NCBI RefSeq assembly: GCF_009834535.1 | Contig: NC_045703.1 | Location: 51,026,001-51,090,000 of the forward strand | Length of the DNA: 64,000 nucleotides | DNA from: Camelus ferus | Lineage: Eukaryota | Direction: 5' to 3' | In this document: positions 46,728-59,029 of the stretch, piece after piece | How positions within the stretch are numbered: the first letter of the stretch is position 1 | Layout: every line of letters starts with the position of its first letter | Made by a program: the position numbers and the translations under genes | The notes under the pieces: model-generated | Database searches by the model: none | Told to the model about the DNA's origin: nothing | What the model saw: only the letters and a program-made list of their open reading frames with translations

Positions 46728-48256
46728 AAAGCTTGCCCCAAATTTTCTGGAAGTCTCACCAAATGTCTCACCAGGATTGTTTTTTAAACTTTCATTGACA
46801 GCTACCCACAGTAAGAAATACGTTCCATATCATGTTCTAGCACACAGACACACACACACACAACTAGAAAGTCCCACAAAACTCACTTTGTGTGATTCAA
46901 TCTGATATCTTGAATTCTACTTTATTTCATTAGAAAGAAAGATGCTAGTCATGACCCACTCATTAATTTTAAGACCCACTTATGAGTTGTGACCTACATT
47001 TGGAAAAACATCATCCTAGAATGGGAAAAAACACTCTTGTTCTTATGACTCAGTTAGATTCTAAGAGCTTGTTCCTAAGTCTGTTTAAGTGCAAGTAGAA
47101 AGCACGCAATCATTGTTAACTGCATTGCACATGGACACTTGGGTCAATTTGTTTTATGATAGATTTTTATTCTCCAGAATCCTTTCAGTATTTTAAGATT
47201 CATTCCATTTGCATTTGGGGTAGATTTGATCAAGTTGATGAAGCTTATTAGTGCCTCATACCGGACAGGAACACAGGAATGGGCAGAGAGCTAAGGCGCA
47301 ATGGCAGAGGCTAACTGACCACTTGGCTTTCGCCATCTGTCGTGCAGATCTGAGAGAGAAGGTGCTTCTGTACCCTCAGCCTCCACGTGGTCTTGCGGTC
47401 TATGGTGGATTTGCCCTCATTCCTCTCCCAGGCTCTTTGTCCAGAGGGCTGGCATTAAGAAACTTAAACATTGCTAGTGGGTGGTAGGTGCCAGTCCCTG
47501 CCCCCAGTGCTGCTCCGCACTTTGACCCCATTATGCCAGCCAAGGACCTGAAGCCACTCTGCTTAAACAAGGAAAAACCCCCATCTCACCCTTGCACCAA
47601 ATTCACTGAATAATCCCAACAAAATACAGTTCTGTGTTCTGGATGGCTCGGATACTTTGTGGGAGAGCAACAGCCTCTTAGTACTCATTTTGCAGAAGAG
47701 ACTATTGCAGGGCCAGCGAACTCACACACTGTGCCCATCACAGCACACGTGGATGGGAAGTTGAGACTCACACTCTCATTCCTGATTTTCCTGAGTGTTT
47801 TCCCATAAGCTCTAATGAGTCTCTTCTTTTCACAGTATTGTCAAGGGCAGAATCTGTTTATCTTCAAAGAAACCAGGACGAGTAAAATCTACTCAGGAAC
47901 TTCTTCTGGTTCTCTGAAAACACTCAAGTCCTAAACTGGTTGCAAATATTGACCAAGTTGCGACCTGATCTTTCTTTTCTCATAATTCTCTTAGCCTTTC
48001 TCCCAAGCAGCCCCCGCCAACCACTGCCAACCCCACCCCACCCCTCCCCCATCAGAGCTCTCATTCAAAATAAGACTCTGAGCTTAGATCTCTCTGGCAG
48101 GGCCGCCAGAACTGAAATTCTCCCTTTTCATACTCGAAATCTTTCTGAAATTAGGCTGTATAAAAATTGATTTGTCCACTTAATGTGGTTTCCTTTTTTT
48201 CCTTCATAAAAAAAGAAAAGAAAAAAAAAAAGTTGTATTTAAATTGATGGTGCCTT

Positions 48257-48735
48257 CCAGTCAGAATGGCCATCATTCAAAAGTCCACAAATGACAAATG
48301 CTGGAGAGGCTGTGGACAAAAGGGAACCCTCCTACACTGCTAGTGGCAATGCAGTTTGGTGCAGCCACTGTGGAAAACAGAATGGAGATTCCTCAAAAGA
48401 CTAGGCATAGACTTACCATATGACCCAGGAATCCCGCTCCTGGGCATATATCCAGAAGGAACCCTACTTCAAAANNNNNNNNNNNNNNNNNNNNNNNNNN
48501 NNNNNNNNNNNNNNNNNNNNNNNNNNNNNNNNNNNNNNNNNNNNNNNNNNNNNNNNNNNNNNNNNNNNNNNNNNNNNNNNNNNNNNNNNNNNNNNNNNNN
48601 NNNNNNNNNNNNNNNNNNNNNNNNNNNNNNNNNNNNNNNNNNNNNNNNNNNNNNNNNNNNNNNCATTCTAAGTGAAGTAAGCCAGAAAGAGAAAGAAAAA
48701 TACTATATGAGATCACTCATATATGGAATCTAAAA

Positions 48736-48772
<37 letters not shown>
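48257..48772 (+). mobile_element. Young L1 fragment, 5'- and 3'-truncated, (TAAA)n tail
   Basis: [44 protein letters not shown] (ORF2 CCHC region); 16-bp TSD aaattgatggtgcctt at 48241-48256 and 48773-48788. Confidence 0.97.
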
Positions 48773-48774
<2 letters not shown>

Positions 48775-49804
48775 ATTGATGGTGCCTTGTAAAATCTGTG
48801 CCATCTTAAAATTAAATATATATATGAATATCTCTGAAGTGTCTGTGCTGCAAACGGAGCTGAAACACACTGAAATTATAAAATGTTTTAGATGTTTTCT
48901 AGCATTACAAGAATTACATTGGTAATACTTCTCATAATTTAACTACCATATGTTAAGTTGGATTGTAGATTTTTCTCTTCTAATTAAAACTTCCGTCAAG
49001 ATTTATTGACAACTGAACCTTTCTCTCTTACCGTCTCTCTGCTTTTCCTGGTTCTCACTTAAGCATCGCACATTTCATGTAATTCTACACAAAGGCTGTT
49101 GACCACTCAGCCTTCTGGCCTATGATAAGTGTCTTCAAGGATGCAGTTCCCTTGAACACACCCCTCTTCAGGCTGCAGCCAATGCTTCACGGAAACTGGC
49201 TGCTGTTGGAGGAACAGGAGAAGCTAAGGGGGTTCCCTATATTTTGCACCCCTGAGTGTGCCATTCAGTTCTTTTGGAAATCCCCTCTAAAAGGAGTATT
49301 TTAGCTTTAAAAACAAAGGTTTTTGCTTCTGCAGTGATGCAAAACCTTGACATTTCAGAACTGAAAGAAACAAAACTCAATAGTCCAAGGAAAAACAATG
49401 GTGAGAAAATAAGGCAACCAAGTCCAGTGTCAACAGAAGCAGAAACATATTTTTTTGTGTTTATATCTTTTTTTTTTGAGACTTTTTTTTTATTACAGAA
49501 ATAAGACTTTCAAGGGCAAGTGGCGACAAAGACAAAACATAAAAAATAGGAGATGTTTTTAAAGAGAAAAACACTTGGCAAGATTTCCTCAGCCAGCTTA
49601 CATTAGACAATAATTTATTTCTGGTCTGTGAAGTTATTGGTTTGGCTCAAGAGGGGGATTTTCCTTTAATAAATTTTAAAATTACCTAATCATCACTTAA
49701 ATTTATTATCCATTAAAGTATTACCAGTATTGCTGCTGTGGTCAGGCTTACATATGGCTCCTGTGGGATGTGGCATTCATGGTTAGGCTAGGTAATTTAT
49801 TAAA

Positions 49805-50238
49805 TTGCTGTTACATTTGTTCAACCATAAGTAACAGAGAACCTAAGTGCAGTGGCTAGAACACATAAGAGTTTGTTTAGTCTTAAGTAACAGGAAGTTG
49901 CTGGGTGGTTGCTAGAGTTGTTTCAGTAACTTAACAATGGCAAGGTCAATGTCTCTGTGATTCCCTAGCCCGGCCCTTTTCCCTCATGATTATAGGATGA
50001 CTGCTGAAGTTCCGACTATCAGGTCTGTATCCAAAAAAAAAAAAAAAAGACATATGTCCTTTTTAATGATGCAAGCAAAGTTTCCCCAAAATTCCCAACA
50101 GAATTTACTTATACCTCATTGGCAAGAACTATGTCACATGGCCATTCCAAGGAAATGTGGACTTTTGGGTAGAGGCAATAAAGGGAGAAGAGAGTTAGAA
50201 ATGGATGCTGGGTCAACCAACTCATAATGTCTGCCACA
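49805..50238 (-). mobile_element. MLT1J-like LTR
   Basis: ccataagtaacagagaacctaagtgcagtggct...cctcattggcaagaactatgtcacatggcc...ggtcaaccaactcataatgtctgccaca. Confidence 0.8.
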
Positions 50239-50397
50239 GTCTTTGTCTGGATATTTCTGATCCATGACAATATGTATACAATCCTGGGAATAAATAGCTT
50301 TGATAGTTCTGAGTCACCTGACATCAAAATTCCAATGTCACCCCGTTTTTTGTTTTTACTGAAGATGCGAATCAGATGAAATCTTAAAAGGGGTTAG

Positions 50398-50640
50398 GGT
50401 AAATGGAATGATGGACCCCCAGTGATGCCCAACTCCTAATTCCCAAAACCTGTGATCTAGAGATGGTGAGATGGGAAGGTTATCATGGATTATCTGGGTG
50501 GGCCCAATGTAATGACAAGTTTCCTTAGACAAGGGAAGCTGAAATATCATCATCACAGAAGGAGATGCAATTATGGAAGCAGTGGACAGAGAACCTCTAT
50601 AATTATAGGTAATCCCTACGCAGCAGTAGGAAACTAATGA
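50398..50640 (+). mobile_element. MLT1D-like LTR, internally deleted
   Basis: atgatggacccccagtgatgcccaactcctaattccc...ttatcatggattatctgggtgggcccaatgtaatgacaag...gcagcagtaggaaactaat. Confidence 0.75.
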
Positions 50641-50764
50641 ACTCAGATCAAATTAGAACAGAAGTATCAAATTGCTCTTGAAAAGGGAATATTAATGTCT
50701 TATATGAATATGGCCACCAGTCTCAGAATGAGCTCCTATGAGCATGCAAAATAGTTGCAAACTC

Positions 50765-50925
50765 TTATTGCTAACACTTATTGGATATTTACTATGTGCC
50801 TAGAAATGCAATGTTCATTGTAGGCATTTAATTTGATCCTCTCAATAACCCTATTAGGTCCACACTAATAGTATTTTTCTTTTTTTCTTGGCAGGATGAA
50901 GAGACTGCCAGGAGCCAGGGTATGA
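50765..50925 (-). mobile_element. MIR fragment
   Basis: gctaacacttattggatatttactatgtgcc...atttaatttgatcctctcaataaccctattagg. Confidence 0.75.
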
Positions 50926-51327
50926 GAACTAGAGAGCAGAGCCCAGTGCTGTCGCGGCTGGCAGACTATTGGTGGGGAGTGCCTGGGGGCATGGCACAGC
51001 TTCACCAGGCCCCTTGTAATCAGGGGATGTAGTTGGCTGCAACATCAGTGGCTCCACGAGACCATGGAGGACACAAAAGGTCATTAGGGGACTCTCCTCA
51101 CTCTTTTCATGAACCCTGGGAAGAACATGGCCAAGGGCCAGAATTCTCACCAGACCGCATGGTGGCATGTTGAACTGTGCAGGAGCTCTTTGTGTTTGTC
51201 CTGTACTTCATGAGAAACCCGAGGCTGAATTAATGGAGGAAATAGATATCTGTTAAAGGCAATCTAAATAACTTCTTAATAATTTTAGAGGAAAATGCAC
51301 CCACTATCAAAATACAAAGGTATTCTA

Positions 51328-51876
51328 ATATCCATCGACAGATGACTGGATAAAGAAGTTGTGGTATATTTATACAATGGAATACTACTCAGCCATAAAA
51401 ATGAATAAAATAATGCCATTTGCAGCAACATGGAAGGACCTGGAGAATGTCATTCTAAGTGAAGTAAGCCAGAAAGAGAAAGAAAAATACCATATGGTAT
51501 CACTTATATGTAGAATCCTTAAAGAAAAAAAAAGACAATTGAACTTATTTACAAAACAGAAACAGACTCACAGACATAGAAAACAAACTTATGGTTACCT
51601 GGGGGAAAGGGGGTGGAAGGGATAAATTGGGAGTTCGAGACTTGCAGATACTAGCTAATATATATAAAATAGATAAACAGTAAGTTCATATTATATAGCA
51701 CAGGGAACCATATTCAATTTCTTGTGGTAACTATGGTGAAAAAGAATATGAAAATGAATATATGTATGTTTACATATGACTGAAGCTTTATGCTGTACAC
51801 CCAAAATTGACGGAACATTGTAAACTGACTATACTTCGATTTTTAAAAAAAATATATATATATATACCAAAAAAAG
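51328..51876 (+). mobile_element. L1 3' end, 5'-truncated
   Basis: WYIYTMEYYSAIK...FAATWKDLENVILSEVSQKEKEKYHM plus full 3' UTR; perfect 17-bp TSD aatacaaaggtattcta at 51311-51327 and 51877-51893. Confidence 0.97.
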
Positions 51877-51949
51877 AATACAAAGGTATTCTAGTCTTCT
51901 AAAAATGATGGTTGAATCCTGACAAGGTTAAAAAAAAAATAAAGGCATA

Positions 51950-52026
51950 CAGCAGTCCTCACTTTGCATGGTTCTGATACAAAGGCGTTTCAGCTAACAG
52001 GGCACGTGCAGAGCAAGGACTGCCTG
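51950..52026. mobile_element. 77-bp TcMar-Tigger-like mini-MITE
   Basis: Terminal inverted repeats cagcagtcctcactttgcatg / (revcomp) caggcagtccttgctctgcacg; 5' TA flank. Confidence 0.65.
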
Positions 52027-53451
52027 CAGTCAGTTCTCAAAGGAGCAAGAGGGAAATAATCCAGAAAATTACTTTACATTGATTCAGATACTAAAATGTA
52101 TTAGGTGCTACTGCCTTGGATACTATAGCTGTCAGAGGTAATTTTTGTAACAATACTCCAAAAATTCTAAAAAGATGCATATAAAGAAAAAGCAATTAAA
52201 ACAGTGAACTTATAAAGAAAGCCTCAAAACCTTTAATTTATTATGAACTTACTTAATGTTTAATGAACGATGTTCCAAAACATAAGGGAAATGTAAGTTA
52301 AAAAATGGTTGATGGAATTATGGATAAGAATAGCTCAAGAATACTCAAAACTGAAAGATATTACATGTGCAAACACCAGCATCAAAGGGAGGGCTTAAGC
52401 AGGCACTTTTGATATAATCAGAATGAACATGATCTCAAAGGGACATTTAAGTCCATTGTTTAGCCTGCCTTGATGTGTTATGTTTTTGGAAAAAAGGAAA
52501 CCAAACAAAAATATCTCTTTTCAAAGACCTTCCCTTTCTCTGTTTAAGCTAGATTTAGGGCCGGTCCAAAATTTTGTTAAGCCATGTCAAAAAGAGGCCC
52601 TAAAAAAACTGCTGCTGTGTCCCTGAGGGAAGGACCATCAGGCTGATCTTGGGGTCCTAATGACAGAGGGTAGGGGGGTAATGGGTGGGAAGAGAAAGTG
52701 TGCCTCACTGTCACAGGACAGAAGGGGATATACAGCAAGGAAATGAGACGATGAAATGTTGGAGCTCAAATAGTAAATCAAATTTTCCATTAGATGGGCA
52801 GTTTACATGACTTAGGGATGATTATTTGAGATCCTTTATATTTTAGATGCTTTTCACATCATCATCCTTTGTCCTAAAGGATGGCGGTCCTGGCCGTTAC
52901 TTCCTGTGTGCGTAAGGATATCCAAAAGGGATGAGGCACAGCCGGCCACCTCATCCCTGCTTCCTCCCGCTTGCGCGTCCTACTTAGCCTGTGACGGTGG
53001 CTTCCAGGACCCGCTGCTATTTCTGGGGATGCCTCAGACCTGGCACAATGGGAAGGTTAGGACTTAAATGGGAGTTTTTCTACTTAACAGACTTCTTGGT
53101 CATTTCCAACTCTTATCATCTGCCTTGTGTGACTTGTAATTGTGCTCAGAATCTCCCCTGCCCTTTTTTTTAGAATATTACAGAGGTAACCTGTTTTTGT
53201 TTTTTTTTTTTTTTTAATAATTCAGCACAAGAATTTTACACATTTGAAGGCATTCATAGGCTCTAAACAAAACAAAACAAATCAGGAATGATTACCACAC
53301 AACCACTAACAACTGCCTAACAGTGTCTTTGTGTGCCTGTCCAAATCATTCCTACCTCATTTTTTTTAATCAGCCTTCAATATAATCATGGTCTGCAGGC
53401 ATAGCTGTATACTGCCCTGATGACATTCTCCTGTAGAGTCACAAGGCACAG

Positions 53452-53776
53452 GGTTTTTTTTTTATTTAATTAATTTTTTAAATTTAATTTAATAGCTAAT
53501 TTACAATGTTATGTTAGTTTCAGGTGTATAGCAATGTGATTCAGTTTATATATATGTGTATGTATATATATATGTATATATATATATTCCTTTTCAGATT
53601 CTTTTCCATTATAGGTTATTACAAGATACTGAATATAGTTCCTGGTAATATACAGTAGGTCCTTGCTGTTTATCTATTTTATGTATAGTAGTATATATCT
53701 GATAATTCCAAACTCCTAATTTATCTTTTCCCAATCCCCTTTCCGCTTTGGTAACCATAAGTTTGTTTTCTACATC
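53452..53776 (-). mobile_element. L1 3' UTR fragment (cetartiodactyl type)
   Basis: T-rich tail then tttacaatgttatgttagtttcaggtgtatagcaatgtgattcag...ggtaaccataagtttgttttctac; TSD tcacaaggcacag at 53439-53451 and 53777-53789. Confidence 0.92.
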
Positions 53777-53789
53777 TCACAAGGCACAG

Positions 53790-53960
53790 TTTTTGTATGT
53801 CCCAGTTACCAGTCCTTGACATTTTTCAGTGTATCATCTTCAGCTATGACTCCAACCTCTTACATCTAATTTACCTGCCCTGCTTGACATCATCTGCTGG
53901 GTTTGGTTCAGTGTTCTCACTAACAGACATGGCAAAACTAAACTGATTTGCTGCCACTAA
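53790..53960 (+). mobile_element. L2 fragment
   Basis: ctccaacctcttacatctaatttacctgccctgcttgacatcatctgctggg...ggcaaaactaaactgattt. Confidence 0.55.
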
Positions 53961-54019
53961 ATTTGACAACTTGATCACAATTTGGAGGCCCCCCCCCCCC
54001 AGTGAAGGGTTCTCATCAC

Positions 54020-54367
54020 ATTTTTTTTTTTTTTTTTGGTCCCAGCTTTAGTGAGAGATAATTGACAGATAATATGTGTAAGTTTAAAGGATACAACAGG
54101 ATGACTTGATACAGGTATATACTGCAAAATGACTACCACGATAAAGTTAGTTAACACATCCATCACCTCACGTTATTACAATGTTTTGTGTGTATGGCAA
54201 AAACATTTAAGACCTCTCTTAGCAAATTTCAGGTATATAATGCAATATGGTCAACTCTCGTCACCATGCTGAATATTAGATCCCCGGGACTGATTCATCT
54301 TAAACCTGAAGTTTGTGCTCTTTGACCAACAGCAACCATCATTCTTCTTTCTGTTTCTATGAGTCTG
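54020..54367 (-). mobile_element. L1MA9-like 3' end
   Basis: cccagctttagtgagagataattgacag...gttaacacatccatcacctca...ctcttagcaaatttcaggtatataat...gtcaccatgctgaatattagatcccc. Confidence 0.85.
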
Positions 54368-54859
54368 TCAGCATACGTTTTCCTGTGATCTGCCTCTTGA
54401 GGGTTACATAACATACTGAACTTCCACATACTTTTTCCAGCCTTCTCCTAACTCACATTAAGCCTGGAATGTGAGACTGAGGAAGACACAGCTAAAATCA
54501 AGCCCTTGGTACATGTAGAATGTTTCCTTTAATACCCGTTAAAATCCCATTGTGTACAACTCAGAAGGAAATATGTGTTTTTATTTGCCTGCTTCAGATA
54601 AGATAAAAGGGAAATACTATTGATCACTGGCTCTGAATTTGGTAGAAGGTCCTTTTTGACACGTGGTTTCCTGCTAAGAGAAGCAACAATCCAAGAGCTT
54701 TCTTCCCAGCCTGCTCCTGTCTTTCCCTGCAGTGGGACACCAAGGGAAGACCCACCTGAATTCACTGGTGATAACAGTGCTTGGAAATAAATTTTCTAAG
54801 ATAATAAAACTAAGTCTTATTAAACACTTAGGTGGCAATGGTCTAAGCTCTTTCCACAT

Positions 54860-54960
54860 GTTAATTTATTGCATCCTCACAACTCTATGAGGCAAGGTAC
54901 TATTATTATCTCCATATAAAGACACAGAAGAGGCACAGAGATGAGATCACTGCCACCAGA
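54860..54960 (-). mobile_element. MIR fragment
   Basis: atcctcacaactctatgaggcaaggtactattattatctccatataaag. Confidence 0.7.
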
Positions 54961-55345
54961 CGAAAGAGGAACCAGGAGAAGAAGGGATGATTCCTGGGAG
55001 CTGATCTTGACTGCTGGCATGGGATGGGTGCTTAGAGAATAGGACAGTTGTAGATACTGGAAGTGGTCTTCATGTTTCAGAGAAAGGACAAAAGTTGAGG
55101 AAAGACTAAAGGATACTGAGTTGAGCATACAGGAGTTGACTGCAGTGACGGAGAAGCTGAGAAGGAGCGATCTCTTATCCGTAAGAAGGGACTAATGGAT
55201 ATCACCGAGCTCTTCAGCAGAGGACAAGACCCAGCTGCTGCATCAGGATCCAGTTTCTGGGGATAGAATATGAAAGCCCAGCATGGACTCTGATACTGAA
55301 ACAAGTCTGGGTTGTTAAGATTCTGATTCCAAATCATTCCAACTT

Positions 55346-56161
55346 ATGAGATTTTTCCCCACATTGCCAAGCAATTCTCTGACACCAGCGGGATGTCCTA
55401 CAATTCAACTTCATTCTGTCACTGCCTTCCTGGAGACAGCATCAGATCCCCCAAGGTTAAGGGCTCAGTCCTACAAGACTAGTCTCACCACTCCTACTCA
55501 AAAAAAGAAAAAAACAAAAACAAAAAACATAAAACCTCAGATGCCAACTGCAAGTCTTATTTTTCACCCATGTTGCTGCCTAATTGGAGGTTCCAATGAC
55601 CCCCCTCCTTGGGTTCAATGAATTTGCTAGAGCAGCTCACAGGACTCAGAAAAACATTTTACTTACTAGATTACCAGATTCCTAAAAAAGGATCTAACTC
55701 AAGAACAGCCAGATGGAAGAGACACATAGGGTGAGATATGGGGAAACGTCGTGGAGTTTCCATGCCTTCTCCAGGCATACCACTCTCCCCAAAGCTCGAT
55801 ATGTCTGCCATCAGGGAAGCTCTATGAACCCCATTCGTTTAGGTTTTAGGAAGGCTTCACTACATAGGCACTATTGATTAAATCATAGGCCGTTGGTGAC
55901 TGGACTTCATTTCTAGCCCCTCTCTCCTCTCTGGAGGTCAGGGGGTGGGACTGAATGTTCTAAGCCTCTAATCATATGGTTGGTTTTCTCAGCAACCAGC
56001 TGCCAACCTTAAGTGTTTTCCAAAAGTCACCTTATTAACATAAGAAAAGATACCTTTACCTTTCTCACCTCTTAGGAGATTTCAAGTATTTTAGGAGCTC
56101 TGTGCCGGAAATAGGATCAAAGACCAGATATGTATTGCTTATTATAAATCACATTATCACA
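55346..56161 (-). mobile_element. MER21(B/C) LTR
   Basis: Reverse strand tgtgataatgtgatttataataagcaatacatatctggtc...ccggcacagagctcctaaaa...ctgtgagctgctctagcaaatt...gtaggactgagccctt. Confidence 0.9.
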
Positions 56162-57000
56162 GTTGTCTGTGCAGCTTCCAGAAGAGGAATTTGATAACTG
56201 GAACCAACAGAAATCAAGCCATTAAAACTATAGTATCAGATGAAGAATGTTCTAAGGGAGAAGTAGAAAGCCAGTTATCCAATGGGAATAAGAGGCCAAG
56301 AGCTGAAGAAGGTGCTGAATCTCACCTCCTGCTCAGTTCTGGCCATTGGGAGCCCAGCTGGGCCTGTATCTGCCCATCCTGGCCTCGTTGCAGTCAAGAG
56401 GCCCATCTGTCAGTCAGGAAGGGAGGAAGCAGCAGACCAAGGCTGTCAGGAAACCTCACATCTAAAAACTCCCCACCCATCTGCAAGACAAACATGGACT
56501 GAGACTCCAACAGCAGCACTGAACTTTGGTCTCAGCTCAGCACCAGTCCTTGCTCCTTCAGGTGAGGGGAAAACAAGTTTGAGCTCAAGAAATCAAAAAA
56601 ATCTTACTGTCATATTTTTAATATGGAAAAAATAAGAAACAACCAGAATCTCATGTGACATCAACAAAACCATGGAGCAGCATTTCACCACACATTGGGT
56701 GGTCATCACAAATCATGTTTTTAGGGAAATTTACTGTCCCAGGGAAATACTCATAACAAAAGAGTATGACAAGCAGGCTAACCTACCTGAATGTGCTCTG
56801 GATTCACTGGGGGAAATTATATTTACGATCAATAAAGAAATTATGCTGAAAAATAGAGCTTGGTTTTACATAGTAAATAAATTCATACAACATTGACAGT
56901 ACTGTCACACTTTAGGAAGAGTCAAGAGTTATGAAATAAAAAAATGTGCTGACTTTCATAACGCTGCCATAAAAATGTTTTTTAAAAGCCTATAACCTTG

Positions 57001-57075
57001 AGGGGAGGGTGTAACTCAGTGGTAGACTGCATGTTTAGTGTGCACGAGGTCATGGGGTCGACCTCCGTTAAGTAA

Positions 57076-57108
<33 letters not shown>

Positions 57109-57200
57109 TTAAAAAATAAATAAATAAGTATTACCTCCCCCAAACATAAACAAAAATTTTAAAAATAAATAAAATTTTTAAAAATGTTTAAATAAAAAAT
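57001..57200 (+). mobile_element. Camelid-type tRNA-derived SINE with (TAA)n expansion and long A-rich tail
   Basis: ggggagggtgtaactcagtggtagactgcatgtttagtgtgcacgaggtc...attacctccccc; B-box region shortened; degenerate TSD aaaagcctataaccttga / aaaaacctgttacctgaa. Confidence 0.9.
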
Positions 57201-59029
57201 AAAAACCTGTTACCTGAAATGTCTAGAAAAGTTGAAAATAACTTAATCAGGATAATAGCTACCATTTTTTTTAGGTTAGCTTTTTAGCAACTTGTTTTAT
57301 TTTTCTCCTTTTGGAACTAAATAAAAATTGTGAAACTAAAAATTACTACAGAGAAAAATAATTATTCACATAAAGTTGACCTTTACTTCTAAGAGACAGG
57401 AGCAAAAGAAATTAACTATTTTTGTGAGGTTATTATCTAATCAAACTACCTGGAGGGAAAAACAAACTCTCTCTCAGCACAGTTTATACGTTTGGAACAG
57501 TTTTGAGTGCTGGGACGCTCTGTTAGGGGAGACCGAGAAACAACCAAGTACAGGGAGGATTTTAACTTACTGAAGCTTTGAAACTGCCAAGTTGGGGGTG
57601 GGGGCAGGGAATCACCCACACTCTTGTTTTGTTTTTCAGGATATCCTACGCATGAAATTAAATGGCTTGGGCTACAGGCACAAAATGTCACTTCAGCCAC
57701 CCTCCAGCGTTTGGTGTTTGGAGTGCACAAGCCTTGTTGGTGGTACAGTTTCTGATTTTTTTAAAGCCTAATAGAGGGGATGGGAGTGGCGTGGTGTAAA
57801 GGAAGAGGGCTTCAGTGAAAAAGTGTGGATGGGCAGGTAGATGTCCTTTTACACTTTTCGGGAGGAGACAAAGCCAGAAATACTAGGCCCCCAGAGACAG
57901 GAAGCTGAGGGTCAGGACAGGTTAAGGGGTGAGAGAGTGGGGCAGGCAGGACAGAGGAAATGCAGGGAGTCCAGGTCAAAAAGTGTCTGGGTTGGTGCCA
58001 AGAAGGCAAGGTAATGGTCAGTTATAGGTCAAGGAAGCTAGAGGGGGCTCTCTTCGGGGGTCTATGGTGTGGCCTCTTAGTTTCTTTCCAAATTGGTGAA
58101 TAAATCTTAGGTCTTCCATATTTACTCTCTTCTCTTTTTTCTGGTCCCCATTACGCCCAAGAGATACATCAGCTAATTCAGGCACTAGTGGGCCGCTGGG
58201 AGCCCAGGTTTTTGCTTATGGCAGGGATGGGCACATTGAGAAGATGCTAGGGAGTCTGTGGGTGTTTGAAGGCAGAGGTGGTGTGGGAGGAAGGTCTGTG
58301 GGCAGAGATCTGCACTCTTCCCTCTGCTCTGGGGTAACTCTAGCTAGTGTTTGGGTTTGGCCCATCGAGTAGAGATATAAAAATACAGCTTGTAGATGAG
58401 TCAGAAATACCTACCCTCAGTTCAGTCCACCCTATGCTCTCTCTTTTCAATTCACCACAAGCATCTATCTCACACTCAACATTTGTCTCTAAGATGTTTA
58501 GAATGACATCACTCAGTAGCTAGGACAGTTCTAGATACATCTACTAATTTATGGTTTCTACTTCTAACTTCCCTCACTACCCACATCCATTTTTAAAAAG
58601 AATCTGAGGTCTATACATTTGTTCTGTCTAAACTGAAATAGAAAATGAAAAATGATGTGGAGAAAGGGGGAAGCAAATATACAAGCTGATATAATTACTA
58701 TAATAGAGCCAGCCACAAAGAAATTGAGGAAAATAAAGCTACTAAATACTATTGTCTATATCTACTAATGCCTCAGGAAAAAAACTCATTTCCATGATGC
58801 TAATGACCATCAGTTTCATTGTCCTTGATTAAAAGTTGTGTCCTATACCTGTAAAGAAAAACAATCTAAAAGATTAGTAAATGTATTAATATCAATCACA
58901 GCAAAAATGACACTAGATATCAGCAGCTGTATAAAGGCAATCATTTGGCAAAATCAAAATATAAAAGACAAGTGCAAGGGTGCTTAGCCACAAACGTGAA
59001 GCCTGAAAATCAGGTAGAGTGAAGCTGTT

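Noticed and set aside
57640-57800. Strong plus-strand acceptor followed by GYPTHEIKW (Ig-like GYP..I.W)
   Set aside because: No preceding or matching Ig cysteine pattern and no convincing donor; an isolated acceptor is expected by chance
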